DNA of 64,000 bases from Psammoneis japonica (GCA_008632985.1 QPGO01000079.1:1-64000); one strand, 5' to 3'. Shown: positions 39,303 to 52,470, numbered from the stretch's first letter. Numbers and translations are program-made. Notes: generated from the letters alone by a model not told the origin.

Positions 39303-39818
39303 TCATTGGATGTCTTGTTCTTCCTGATAGGTAGCTGCAGATTCGTGCAGTATTTCATCCACACTCAACACGAGCATTTCGTGTGTCTGTCCTTGCCGTT
39401 TGCTGATAAATTGTACAAAGAGCTTGTCCTTGAAAAAATGGCAGTACGAAGTCGTTCCCCGTGATTTTCCGCCTTGGTTTCGTGCACTCGCGGTTTCTAG
39501 CGTCCAAACAATCGTGTCTTTATAGGACACGAGGTGTCGTTGTCGACGGTACTTGGTGTTCTTGTCAAGAGCGCGCTCGCTGGTACTTTTGAGCTTCCAA
39601 CAAGCATAGCTGTACACATTGTTGGTAATGACATCGTGATTGGCCTGCTTCGACGGATAAATGAGGCATTGTGATGACCCAAAAGGAGAAAAGCAGGACG
39701 ATGTTTGGTTGGCTTCTCTTGTCGTACTATCAGACATAGTGATAGGGGTCTTTTCAGTATCAGTTTGATACTGCACACGCAGCACATTCGACGAGCTGTT
39801 CATGGTTTGCTTCGCCAT
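39303..39818 (-). CDS. Hypothetical protein
   Basis: ATG-initiated 171-aa frame with ordinary composition. No recognised domain. Confidence 0.3.
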   Translation of the reverse strand: MAKQTMNSSSNVLRVQYQTDTEKTPITMSDSTTREANQTSSCFSPFGSSQCLIYPSKQANHDVITNNVYSYACWKLKSTSERALDKNTKYRRQRHLVSYKDTIVWTLETASARNQGGKSRGTTSYCHFFKDKLFVQFISKRQGQTHEMLVLSVDEILHESAATYQEEQDIQ

Positions 39819-40415
39819 TGTTACGTACAGTATGTTGTATTTTGGTAGTTTGCGGTGCTGGGTTGGGGGGGGTTGGGGCAAGGACGACTCTATCGGTAAA
39901 TCCTTGGGTTGGGGGTGGTGGAGTGAAATATGCAAAATCCGTTTGTGGCGACTTCTTCGCTGTTCCCTGTTGCCAGTCGTGGCCACGACTCACGCTTAAG
40001 TTTTTCTCGTCGTGCCCCTGTCAGTGTGACGTCATCGCAAATTTTCAAAAATATCATTTTTTCCCTCCATCAGTCGATCGCACCGCCAACGTACTGTACG
40101 CATTATGATGAGAAATATGGTAAGGGCACCGCAAAACACACACCATACACAGTAGAGTAGAGGGTATGGTGTGACGGTGAAGAACGAAAGTCAAATGGAA
40201 TACATTTCTTAAAGAGAATTGCTCTCGATGCCTGCTCAGTTAGCTCGAATGTTTTATGGCGCTGCTGTCCGTCGGTTCAGTCCGACTAGTCGGATCGCCC
40301 ACTCGCCCCTTCCGAAATCAACGCTAGGGCCCTATGGCGACTCAGATGTTTGCGTTCGACACCTACCACCCAACCACCCTACCGGTTCAAACTTACTATA
40401 TCTTTGGTTATCGCA

Positions 40416-42212
40416 ATGACTGTAGAAGCGACTGACAATGATGTTTTGCTGGGTCGAGGAAAAGGCCCTCGAGAGCATAGCGGCAATCGCCATTTTGCGT
40501 GGCTCATAAAGAGGTATCGATCTGCCTACCAGAGTGCAGCGCAAAGGTGTGAGAAAAGCGAGGTGGCTCAACGAATTCTACAAGCGGTGCATGCACGAGG
40601 TGGCCGCTTCTTGCAATTTACTGAGCATTGTGAATGGAGAGAAGTAACTGCAGAACGAGCCCTGCTGAAGATAAAGAACGCGTTGAGGACAAAACAGAAT
40701 TTCGAAACTGAATTTTACGAGACCGCCGCCGCCGTATTTCCTGTCTCGGAAGACTTGTCTCTTAACGCACAACATAGGGGCACGCAAATACCAACAGCGT
40801 TATATGTCAGGCCAAGCGTGCTACATCAACTTGGCTTTTTATCCTCAGACGACACTCTTACACAGTCATTTCCCGTCATTCCGCAAGTCCTACCAACACC
40901 AACGAGCAACTCACGGTTAGTACAGCCGCCGCCTGTTTATCAGTCTCCTTGGTTGTATCCTACTACTATATCGACGCCAGCTTTGATCCCGAACAACTTA
41001 TTGGAACCGCGAGTTCATCATCAACAACAAACACGGGGACAACGACCGCTTATCCATAGTGCAATATCACCTTCTACTTCACCTCTTCAACAAACTCGAA
41101 AATATGTAGCCCCCACTAGCCCTTCGGATATCCCCCCTCGAAAGGATCTGGACCAGCACGTGCAAGATGTAGCTTCTGTTCAAAGGGAGCCGACGCTACA
41201 ACAAGATACCACCGCAAAAGCGCAGTTCCCTCCACCTCAAGAATTAGTGTCGAATGAAGACATTGCGGCTGCTGAATTTTTGCTTTCGGTAATGACTGAT
41301 TCGGCATCGATGAGTTTGCAACATCCGCATGATATTATTCTTACGGAAGAGGAGCAGCGCGCCGTCACGGAAGATCTATTTGGGAAGCTCCGAGTCTCCA
41401 AACCACCTCCCACAAAGCGTGCAAGGACTACAAGCTGCGTTTCTATTTTGTTGTCAGAAATGAAGCATCATCTGGAAACCATTCGGACAAGCGATAAACA
41501 AGCTTGGTTGAAGGCTCGTCAGAAAGCTAGAGAAATAGAGAAAAATGATAAACGGATGGAGCTGTTTCTTAAGCGGGAAGACATGGATCCAGAGAAAGCG
41601 GCACATCGATTTGTCAGATACTGGGAGGAACGACGTCAGTTGTTTGGACAGGACGCGTTCTGCTTACCTCTGACTCTCGACGGAGCTATGAAAGGTTCTG
41701 AAGAAGCGGTGCGGGTGGGATTGTTTCAACTGCTTCCGTCGTTAGACGTCTCAGGAAGGCAGTTGCTTCTCTCCGTTCTTCGCATGAACAGTTATAATGG
41801 ATACGAAACTCTGGACATGATTAAAGCCTATTGGCATATACATGAATTGATTGCCGAGCATTCGAAAGCTGCCAATGGGGTTATTGTATTGGCATGGTGC
41901 AAGGATGCCTCCGGCTGGGAGATCGATTTGAAAATCGAAAAAAGCATGCACCATCTTTTGGAAAACGTGTTTCCTGTGCCGCTTCGTGGATTCCATGCTT
42001 TTTGCATACCATACTTTATAACCATGTTTCTGAAGCCTATTCAACTGGCGATACAGCCCAAGTCTGTGCGTTCGCGACTCGTCATACATGACGTTGCTGA
42101 GGACGAGGTCGTAGAAGCACTATCGAGCTACGGCATTCGTAACGACGCGATCCCAATGGAAATGGGCGGGACGTGCAAACATGATCACTCGGAATGGATA
42201 AAAAATCTTTGA
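40416..42212 (+). CDS. DUF6824 domain + CRAL-TRIO domain protein
   Basis: N-terminal NDVLLGRG...HSGN..F....Y...EK......GGRFL and C-terminal FLKRE...AAHRFVRYW...D.SGR...IPMEMGG. Confidence 0.85.
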   Translation: MTVEATDNDVLLGRGKGPREHSGNRHFAWLIKRYRSAYQSAAQRCEKSEVAQRILQAVHARGGRFLQFTEHCEWREVTAERALLKIKNALRTKQNFETEFYETAAAVFPVSEDLSLNAQHRGTQIPTALYVRPSVLHQLGFLSSDDTLTQSFPVIPQVLPTPTSNSRLVQPPPVYQSPWLYPTTISTPALIPNNLLEPRVHHQQQTRGQRPLIHSAISPSTSPLQQTRKYVAPTSPSDIPPRKDLDQHVQDVASVQREPTLQQDTTAKAQFPPPQELVSNEDIAAAEFLLSVMTDSASMSLQHPHDIILTEEEQRAVTEDLFGKLRVSKPPPTKRARTTSCVSILLSEMKHHLETIRTSDKQAWLKARQKAREIEKNDKRMELFLKREDMDPEKAAHRFVRYWEERRQLFGQDAFCLPLTLDGAMKGSEEAVRVGLFQLLPSLDVSGRQLLLSVLRMNSYNGYETLDMIKAYWHIHELIAEHSKAANGVIVLAWCKDASGWEIDLKIEKSMHHLLENVFPVPLRGFHAFCIPYFITMFLKPIQLAIQPKSVRSRLVIHDVAEDEVVEALSSYGIRNDAIPMEMGGTCKHDHSEWIKNL

Positions 42213-42399
42213 AAGCTGGTGAAGGGCAGAGTGGCCACGTAGCGGTAAAGCGAAAGTAAAATTAAGTTTTCCACTCTTATCCTGCTCTGTGTGGGTCTAT
42301 GTCGAGCCTCCCGTGGCAACTGGCAACATGTGTTCGTAAGTGGCGCTGGGGCTTATGACCGTCTCAAACGTGTCAGATGGCAGCACGTCTTATGGTGGA

Positions 42400-45300
42400 G
42401 ACACAGGGTGCATGGGGAGTTTGGTTTTTTCTTTGTCAACTGGGGAATGTTTGGATGGATTCTTCTCTTCATTGAGGATGAAAAATGAAAAAATTCACCT
42501 GACACAACTAGACACCACAGGAGACAAAGCAACCATCTGCTGTGCTGTGCTTGAAACTGCTTGTGTAAACTTAGATCTGTGTTGTTCATTGTGGAAGCAA
42601 TGGAACATTGATTGTGAGAACCCATCTCTCTCTCTCTCTAGAGCATGAACGAGCTTGCCTTGTAACATGCATTGCAACATTTTCCTTTGTTCAAGTCTCA
42701 GCTTTTTCCATCCTGGTGGCATGTGGTGGGTGGAGATGACAAAATGTGGCTCACTTGATGAAATGAAAACTTCCAATTTGAAAGTCTGTGTTTCACAAAG
42801 CAGGTGGCCACAGCTTCCCTCCAAACAAAACTCCAAATTGACTTCAGCACACATCTCCATTTGTGTGTTGTGACAGCATCAACTGCAAGCAGAGCAACTT
42901 GTTTGTTCCACCCACACACAGCAACATTTGAGACACAGGAAGATGTTCAAATTAACTTTGATGCTTGAGCTGACAGAGTTGGGGCAAATTTCAAGCTTTG
43001 TCTCTAAATCAATGTCTGAGAGAAAAAAAAATTCATGTGAGCATGCATTTGAGTGATGAGGCCTGTGACAACTGGACATCACAAATGGCATCTTGACTGG
43101 TGCAACAGAAGCTGCTAAAAGCACATTGACAGATTTCAAAGATGGGAAAGGCAGAGCTCACAGACCTCACCAAAAGAGATTTGTGAGAGACTCTTGAGAG
43201 TGTTGGACACATGAAAGAGATTCAGAGCAATGGCTGCAGGGACAACACACTCACATTTGATGACACAAGCATGTGTGTGTGCTGTTTCAAGATGAGGCTT
43301 GGCACAATGCCATGCAAACATTGCATTTCATTGGGTCCAAAAGCAGCACTGTGAGTCAAAAAGCTCTGACTCCAAGCACTTGAGAAGCAGAAAGCATTGT
43401 GCTTGAAGCTTTGAACATCACAGACAATGCTGCCACATTTGCTGTTGTGCTCATTGGAAGATTGTTGGCTGTCAAAACAGGTTGAAAACTGTTTTCTCCC
43501 AAACAGGGAGAGAAACCATGAAAGGCTGTTCTGAAAATGACAAAATGGATTGGCAATGTCATGAAGGAACAAGACATCCAGCCAATCAAGGAGAGTTCAA
43601 CACATGTCACAATTCTTTGCTCCCTCTCTGTGCAAGTTGAGTCAGACCATTTTCTGGCATCAAAGCTGCCTTTTCTTGTTTCCAGCTTGATGTCAGAGAT
43701 GCAAGTGCCCAGCTCTCAACAGGTGGATGTGCCAACAAAATTTCCAGCAATGAAAGCCTCTCTCTGCTGGTGCTGTGCTTTTTAGAGTCATCTCAGCTTG
43801 CATTTTTCTGCTGTTGCCTGACCACCACCCATGGCCCTTTGCTCTTTGGAAGAACCAAGTCAAACAAGTTGCAAAGGAAGAAAAAAAGAAAGAAGAAAAA
43901 AAGAAGAAGAAGAAGAAGAAGGCAGCAAGAATCCCTGGCAAAGCCAGAGCTGCAGCCATTGAAAAGCTCCACCTTGGCTCTCAACCAAAGTTCACAGCTT
44001 CAAACAATTTGTTGCATGCAGCTGCTGGATTCTCTGTGCAAGCTGCACAGAGAATGACAAAGAGCTGCAAAAGAGCCTGTTGAATGATGAACATGAGCAC
44101 TTTGACTTTGCCTCTGCAGTGTGGCTGTGCAAGCCCAGCAGGGGGGCAGCAAACACCATGCCCACGTTGCTGGCCCACGCAAGATTGCAAGTGACAACAA
44201 CATGGCAGCCAACCAGCTGGAAGAAATTGAAGATGCAGAAGAGCAAATGTTGGAGAAGTTGGTGTGAAGTTGCAACTGTTTTGCCAGCTGCTGCACAGTC
44301 CACTCCCTTTCATCATGCTCACAGTGTCAAACATGTTCTCTCCTTCCAATGCTGCTGTGCAGCTGTTTGCAGCCTTCTTAAAATCAGTTGGAAAAGAAAA
44401 GGAAGGCCATGAAGAACAAGAAGCTAAAGCCTGCTGCCAGCTGCAGCAGATGGCGCTGAAGGGTGCACAGCCAGTGAAAAAGAGATGACTGTTTGCAACA
44501 CACAGCTGCCAATGAGAGCCAACGCATCACGGCGACGTGTTGCAGCCTTTAAATGTCACAAAGGGCGTGACAAAAACAACCTTTTGTCTGCATGCATGCT
44601 ACGTCATGAATTCACAGCGGAGTTGTTCATCTCGCAACCATTGGGCAGGAGGCCAGGGGTTCGAAACCCGAGTGGGAGTTGTCTGCAGAACGTTGGTCAC
44701 TGTCGAACGCGCAAAACTCTGTGCAGTTCTGTGTGTTCCTTCGTACGTACCCACACTGTTCCGCCAAAACCGTGCAGTGTCAGCACTCGTTGGTAAAGAG
44801 CCGCACGGACGCGTGACACATGGGGAGGAGTGCAATGTGCAGCTGCTGGTGAGAGCCAATGCATCACGGCGACGTGTTGCAGCCTTTAAATGTGACAAAG
44901 GGCGTGACAAAAACAACCTTTTGTCTGCATGCATGCCACATGTTGCCGCCATTGGCTCATGTGCACTCCCAGCTGGGAGGTCTGCAAGTGGTGCGGAAGA
45001 GGGCTCATGTGCAGCAAGCTCTCAGGACAGCACAACCTGGAAGCAACAAGCTTGAGCAGGAAATGCAGCAAAGCACAGCATCTTGAAAGGAGCAAAAGCC
45101 AACACTTCAGACCTGGGCAGAGCTTTGGACTGGAAAATGGTCAGCACAACAGCTGAAAAGCATTTTGAATTTTGGAGGTTTTGCTTGATTTTCAAGCAAA
45201 GGGCCAGCTCACTCAAGAAATTCCCTTTGCACAGGAAAAACAGTTTCAAGGAGAAGAGGAGGAGAGCATCACTGCAGATGTCTCTGAAACAACTGAGAGA

Positions 45301-47570
45301 TGGTTTGCTTCCCTGCACAAGAAGCCTGGACATTGCAGCACCCAAATTTTTGTGCAACTTAAAACATTGAAGCCCGCTCTGAGCCAAGAACCAATGTGAA
45401 AGAGCATTTTTTGAAAATGTTGGAAAGCAAACATCCACAGCAACTCAGTCAATGATTTTCATGACTCTGTGGCAAAAACAGCTTTTGAAAAGCACCAAAA
45501 GGCTGCCAAAATGGGAGCAACCATGAGGGCAAAAAGAACATGAGAAGTGTGTCATGCAAATTGAGTGCCCAGCACTGGGCTTTTTGCTGACATTGCAGGT
45601 GATGAGACTGGAGCCATTGAAAACAGAGACTGTGCTGAAATGTTTCTCAAAGAGATTCAAGACCTTGTGTCAGCGGGGCAGATGTTGTGAGATGAAAGAT
45701 TGAAAGCAACAAGAGTTCAAGTTTGAAGAACAACACACCTCTGGTGCCACCCCAGCAGAGAGCTGCCTGGAGCCACCAAGGTTTGGCTTTCTCCAAGACA
45801 GCCCAAGCATGACAAAGGAGGAGGTGCAGCAGTTTGCAACAAAGGTGCAGCTGTGAGTGCAAGCATCTGGATTGCCATCAACTCAACAATTGATTTGAAA
45901 AGGTGGGAATGTCTGGGAAAGCCTTTGGGCTGGGAGGGAGAAACCTGTCTTGGTGCAACAGAGAAAAACATCACAAGAATGAGTTGGTGTCCCAGCGCCC
46001 AAGTGTGGCAAGTGGAAAGCAGCAAGTGCTGCACGTGGACAGGCAAGCATGTGTCCTTTTTTCAAAGTCTCTTGTGCCATCTTTGACAGCTGGCCATTTT
46101 GTTTCATTTTCAAACAGCACCATCCACACCAGATTTTTGACTTTGACCGCAACTTGTGCCCTCTGTCTCAAGCCACACAAACACATCAAGCTTTGCAACA
46201 TGTGTTTGCAATGCCTTGCTGCTTTTTACAAGCAATTGTCTCATCTCCAACAGCGCCAGCCATTGGTGGCAAGGACAACTCTTGTGAGCAAACAGCCCAT
46301 GTCATGCATGCCAAAAGGTCTCTGTTCTCAACTTCTTGATCAGGCTGCCAGCACCTCACTGTGTTGGTGCACTTTAAGCTCTTTCCACCATTTGTGGTTT
46401 GTTGAGCTGACAGCACATGTGCAGACAAACCACTGCCACCACATGAATCTCTCAAGAGTTGGGGTTCATGAAGAAGCAATGATGAGTCAAAGAGCAGAGC
46501 TCAAAATCACAATGAATCGAAAAGCCCCAAAATGGAGTGCAGATGCAGCAGTCATGCCACATGCCCTCATTGTTGAAATTGGGGGGTGAGCTCAGCAAAT
46601 GTCTTTTTGACTCCATTTGCAGAGCTCTCTGTTTTGCAGGTTGCAACATGCACCAAGTTCTTGTTTCTGGAGCACCCCTGCATGCTGCGCGCGCAACTTC
46701 TTTGCCATGAATGTCAGCAAGATGCAGCAGAGGACTTTTGTTCACAATGGGTTTGCTTGCAGCTCTGACACAAGCCAGCCACTCAATTGGTTGGACCACA
46801 GGTGAGAGCAAATGTGCTTCCTCCCAGCCAGTCTGTTTGCACATGGGACAATCATTTCTGTGCCGACGCTGGTCTTTTTGTGTGTCACATTCTTTTTTGC
46901 AGAGACACTGCACCGCACACTGAGCCAACACATGCCAGCCACTCATCAACTCCAAACTGGTCAGCCAAAAGTGAGAGCACACAAGTTTTGTCCCAGCTGG
47001 TCTGTTTTTGCAGATTGGACAATCATTTCTGTGGTGACAGTCTTGTGCGCCACAGTTTTGTTTTTGCTTTTGCAGAGAGACACAACACACACTGTGAATG
47101 AAAGGCAAAAAAGAAACAAAATTTCTCACCTTGTGGATGGAGAGCTGATGCCACAAGTCCATGCCCTTGCTCCACAGAGCCAGCGGAACTCTCTCTTTCT
47201 TTAGAGGCTCTGTGTTTCCCAGCCAGCCAAGAGAGGCAAAAAAACACAAATCAAGGCGAGCAAACAGCAGCAGCTTGCCAAAACAAAAGAGCACAGAAAT
47301 GGGCATGCCATGCCCCAACAAAACTTTTGATTTGACTCTCGTGTCACACACCAAGAAGGGAGGTCATGCAAAGAGGCACACAACAATTTCTCTGTGGCGC
47401 TGGTGATGGAGAGCGCAGGGTGTGCAACAGGAGCAGTGCAGCACGAGCCATCACAAGCAAAGCAAGTTGCAGTGGATGCACTGTGCTCTGACTTGAGAGC
47501 AAATCATCGTGTCACAATCTCTCCCACAACATTTTGCACAGTGTGCACCCAATCTGTCAAACATGTGGAA
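42400..47570. mobile_element. Nested, unclassified hypermutated repeat relics; TpA-depleted domain 3
   Basis: About 20 TAs in 5 kb, with none in 45362-46226 or 46377-47201. Internal ~170-bp duplication (46801/46971) encoding HRNDCPxCK on the minus strand. Confidence 0.55.
44494..44940 (+). mobile_element. TRIM-like miniature LTR element with tRNA-like internal Pol III boxes
   Basis: 110-bp direct repeats at 44494-44603 and 44831-44940 (TG...CA in the second). Purine tract GGGGAGGAG directly before the second repeat, TGTT on both flanks, and internal B-box GGTTCGAAACC at 44658. Confidence 0.55.
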
Positions 47571-47766
47571 ACACAGTAAACAAACATTTCCCTCCAACAG
47601 CGCCTGTAAGTCGTCCGCATCTCCCTCCAACACCGTCCATCCGTCGGCGGGATCTGCATCTGTGTAATCAATCCACGTGGAGAAAGCAAGAAGATAGCAC
47701 TGCACGCATGCGCTCTCATCATCAACAAGAAATCAAGCAATCAAGCAGCAGCAAGTAGCCACCACC

Positions 47767-50038
47767 ATGGCGGCGGCCAATGAAAACCGAGCCACGCTAG
47801 TGGTGGGATTGTCCCTACCACAATCAAGTCGTAAGTATTGTTTTTGTTGTTGCACTGTTATGGATTGCTATTCTTATTCTTTTTTTCTCACCCCAAACTC
47901 TTCTCACTCATCACTCATCTGTACACAGCCGACGCAGCACGCTTGTTGCAAGTCGCTCGCGAGGATGGCTACGACTATGTCACCACCATGCTTCCCTCGA
48001 ATACTACTGGGGAAAGTAGAAGTGACGTGACGGATTTGGAATCGCGTTGGTGGCGCACGTCGGTTGTGGGATGTGTCGCTCCAGAATTGCTGCAACAAGA
48101 GCGATCTCATTGGGAATCTCTACTCCAAAGCCAAGCCGACTGGGCCACGCACATGTCTATTCCTGCAATACTCTTACCACTCTCGACGGATCCCATGTAT
48201 GTGCGTGCCATTTCCAGTATTGCACCCGCATCATCCGGTTCCAACGGCCAAGTGTGGATCAAGACGCGATTAAACGAGACGGATCTCAACCGATTTTCAG
48301 CCATTCACGCTGCCAGCGACGGAGCGTCCAATGTAGGCATACTGTTGGAAATGGAAAACATTGCTTTGCCGGCCGTGTCGGGAGCGGCCGCTTCCACTGT
48401 AGCTGGGTACATGACGTTAATTCACAAGGCGATTGGCTCCCAACTCAAGGCTGTCTGTTTTCCAACGTCTGTGTTTCTCACAAATAAACGTGGCTACCCG
48501 ACTCTCTCCAAAACTCACCAAGTATTGGTGACGGAAATTTTGAGACGCATTGGACGAACGGTACGCATTCTGGTGGAGGGACCGCCCGTGCATTTATTGG
48601 AGTCCCCCGATGCACCCGTCGGTGCCACGGGGTGTTTGCCCTACCTTCAATATATTCGTCACATTCGACAGCGACCGGAAATCACCAGCGTGCTTGACAC
48701 GGAGGAAGCCACCATGGAGGAACCCTATCTCGATCATTTGCAACGTCCCCTTCAACCGCTCGGCGACCATTTGGAATTTCAAACGTACGAAACCTTTGAA
48801 AAGGATCCCGTCAAGTATGCGCAATACAAAAAGTCCATCTTGCTGGCACTGCGCGATGGTTGGACGTCGGTTCAAGACCCCTCGGAGGCGCTGACTGTCA
48901 CCATTTTGATTGTGGGCGCCGGCCGTGGTCCCCTCGTGACGGCTGCACTCGAAGCGGTGGAATTGTGCAAAGTCCTTCCCGAATTTGCCAATCACACGCC
49001 CCTCCAAGCACGGATTTGGGCCGTGGAAAAGAACCCATCCGCCGTCTTGTATTTGCAATCCATGGTCAAGACGCATGCCGAATGGAAACCCATTCGTGTC
49101 CTGCAAATGGATATGAGGGACTTGGCCAAAGCCAAGTTGGGAAAAAATGTCGTGGATATTGTCGTTTCGGAGTTGTTGGGGAGTTTTGGGGACAATGAAT
49201 TGTCGCCCGAGTGTTTGGAGGGGGTGAGAAAGACGGGGCTATTAAAAGACACGACTGTGTGTATACCACAACAGTTAAGTGTGTCCTTTTGTTGGTGGTG
49301 TTGATATTATCACTGTTGCTTTTTCTCATCTCAACTCATCCATTTGCGACTCCTTCTGTTATTCACAGATACACGTCATTTCTAGCACCCGTCTCGTCCA
49401 TGCGTTTGCATTCCGAAGCTCGCGCCCAAGCGTTTTTTCCCGCCTCGGCGGCGGACGGCTTGGATTCGGCACCCATGGGTCATTTAAAAGCAATGGAAAC
49501 GCCCTACGTGGTTCGGTCCCACGCGGCTTGTCAGACTCATGTCGAAAAGCCGTGTTGGGAGTTTGTGCACTTTTCTTCCGAACATCAAAAAATGCAACGA
49601 CATGTGGAGCTCGAATTTTCCGCCGACCCGACGCACGGTGCGGGATGCGGCAGTGGCTACGGTCCGTTTGATTCGGCCGTGGCAACCATGGCCCAAGCGT
49701 CGGGCAATGCCTCTTCTGGAAGTATTTTGGTGCATGGCTTTTTGGGAACCTTTTCGTCACGGCTGTACGCGTCCACTGCGGAAGCACCCAAAATTAGCAC
49801 GGCGCCCACATCCTTTTCAGCAGGCATGTTTAGTTGGTTTCCCTTGTATTTTCCCCTCTCGACACCCCTCTTGGTGCCGTCCAATGCGCGACTTGTAGTG
49901 AACATGTGGAGACGGACGGATTCAGTCAAGCGCGTGTGGTACGAATGGAGTGCTCAAGTTGTCGACAAGGATGACAATGTTCTCTCCATGACGCATGTTC
50001 ACAATGCCAATGGGAGATCCTATCATGTAGACATGTAG
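47767..50038 (+). CDS. PRMT5: Protein arginine N-methyltransferase 5 (3 exons)
   Basis: Exons 47767-47830, 47929-49273 and 49369-50038 splice in frame. Motifs FLTNKRGYPTL, LQPLGDHLE..TYETFEKDPVKY, VGAGRGPLV, VSELLGSFGDNELSPECL, MFSWFP and WYEW. Confidence 0.95.
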
Positions 50039-50329
50039 TTGTGTACTGTAATGATTGCATGTAGTAGTTGCTGTCAGGTTTGGGGAGGAGCAGGCATTGT
50101 AAAAAGGCGAAACGTCGGAGATTTTTGCCAGAACAATAAAGGAACAGCACAAACAGGTAGCAAGCGATGTGTGTATAGAGAGATTGCCACCACCGCAAAC
50201 AACTTAATCTGCGCAACAACAGGGCCAACACTCTATAGGTACCGGCACCGGCACCGGCAAGGTTACCGGTAGCGCTATCCACTCATAGAGCTCTCTGTAC
50301 TCTAGCTAGTAGCTATGATGTGCTCGCTA

Positions 50330-52000
50330 GGACTATCATGTTAGCATTGAAATGCATATGGAAACTGTTTTTTGGTGTCACCAATCGACTTGGCATAGTG
50401 TAGACACAGGAGAAACCACCCCATGACCCGTTGAATAATGGAATCCCCCCCACGACGGATCTGTGCTCCATGCCATCTCTAGAGAGGCTGCGACAAGTGA
50501 AGCAAGAGCCCTCATAAAAGGTCGGCTTGGCACTGCGGCCGATTCTTGAATCTGAGAATAGCTTTCCATCTGCACAGTTGGCAGACGGCATCCTGAAACA
50601 AGCCCAAGGCACCAGAGGAGCACCCTCCTTCAGACCTTGAGCCCCTGTGCTCAGCACAGGACCCTGTGGAGAGTTTGGGTTTGCCCACCCACCCCCTTGT
50701 GCAGAGCAGGGCTTCTGCCAAAAGCTCTGCCCCACAATGCTCCCAAGCATTTCCAATGTCGAGTTTGCTTCTTGGCGGTTCTTGGCTGGGATCCCAGAAG
50801 CTCAAGTTGGAGGCGGGGGCAGCTGAAGTGCTCACTCGAATCCTTGAGGGTGCCGCACTCCAACCTCCAACATCACTGTGGAGCTCACAGAGAACAAAAG
50901 GGAACAAAACTCTAGAGCATGTTGCAAAACTCAACAAAAGTCAACATGACATGACAGTCAATGTTGGACAGCAATCCACATCAACAATGTCCATGCTGAG
51001 AGTGTTCAAAAAGAAAGATCTCAGGGTGTCAGGAGTTTGTGAAAAACCGGGGCAACATGGCCAAGAGGCAACATGAGTCCAGGGGCAATGATGACAACAG
51101 AGCACACATGAGTGAATGTCTGCAAGCTTTGCCATCATCAATGTGTGACAATGGCATGATGCGGGGGCAAAGTGTCCATTTGACTGGATGACAGGGCTGC
51201 TGCTCACCAAGCGTTTCTTCGCTTGCAGCCGCGGCACCTGCAGCATTCAAGACAGTCTTTCGAAGCCAGGCACATTGTTGTGGCAGTCAAACAGTTCAAA
51301 AAGGGTGCACTGCATTGATGTTGCCAACACAGCAACTCCACCTTTGTGCACACATGCCTGAAGCAAGAACTCGGTGCCCCCGCCCTCTTTCCCGGAAGGA
51401 GTGGCACACTTCTGGAAATGTGGCAGACATTGCTGAGAGCCTTGAAGATGCACGACATGTTGGCTGACAAGAGCAGGAAGAAAGGCAGCCAATCTGTTGT
51501 TGAGGCAGCCCACAGCCCCACTGTTGTGTCCTTTTTCTTTCTTGTGACTCTCTTGCCATCCGCCGTTCCTCGCTCCAGCTTCCAGCTGACATTGGAGCAA
51601 ACAGCGACCTGGCAATCTCCAAAACATGTGTGCTGCCACGAATGAAGCCTCTGCGGGAATGTCCTCCTGTGGTCTTCTGTCCAGATCCACCTCCTCATCT
51701 TCATCTGGCACGTCAACCCCTCAAAGGGTTTGCTGCCAGACTCCATCGCGGGCGGCGCAGACTTGACGCTGCTGGATCATCGCCAAGCCAGCCCTCAAAT
51801 GGATGATTCTTTCCACACGAGGCACAGTGAATGAGGCCAATTGTGCAACGTTAAATGCAGAGACAGCGTCTTTGTGTTGTTGGCAAAACGTTCAAAACAG
51901 TGGAAGCGATGGCAGCAAACTGCCGCACCGCACAACAGGATCGAGGCGGCATTCACACCGCGACGCGAAGAAAGATTCAGAACAACATCGTCATCACGAT
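50330..52000. mobile_element. Unclassified hypermutated relic; TpA-depleted domain 4
   Basis: No TA in 50915-51851, a stretch bounded by CTAG and TTAA survivors. Lies between two genes of normal composition. Confidence 0.55.
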
Positions 52001-52470
52001 CTTCGAATGAACTGAAATTTTGAATGATTTTCTACAGAAACAAATACATTCATTTCCTTGTTGCACTCTGGTATCTGTCCATGCTGCATAAGATACGGTA
52101 GTGACTGTACATACGTAAATCGTACGAGAACAGGTCATTGAAGATCGCCTCCACGCCACGTAGCGCTTGGGTACTCATTCTACGTAATCATCCGTTGGCC
52201 CTCGCAACGCCGCTCCCCGGCATTTTGGCTTTTTCTGTCTCGATCTCCACGTTCGCGCATCGCATCTCTCAGCAGCAACAACAACCGCTCTTATCGTTGT
52301 TGCCAAGAAGAACTCGCTTTTCCTTTTGACGCTCTAGACGATCGTTGTGTTTTTGTTTGCATTCCAATTGCAACACAAGCACTAAAAGCAGTCGTCACCA
52401 CTAGTCTACTCTCTCGTTCCGTCTCCGCCTCGTCTTCGACGGCCTCGCGCGCAGGCCGTGCGCGCAACAC

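Noticed and set aside
44611..44680. Functional tRNA gene
   Set aside because: Only the T-arm/B-box and a weak A-box are evident; I could not fold an acceptor or anticodon stem.
42400..47570. Numerous overlapping ORFs as real genes
   Set aside because: Explained by the loss of TAA/TAG; the peptides are Tyr-free and Cys/His-rich in all frames with no recognisable domains.
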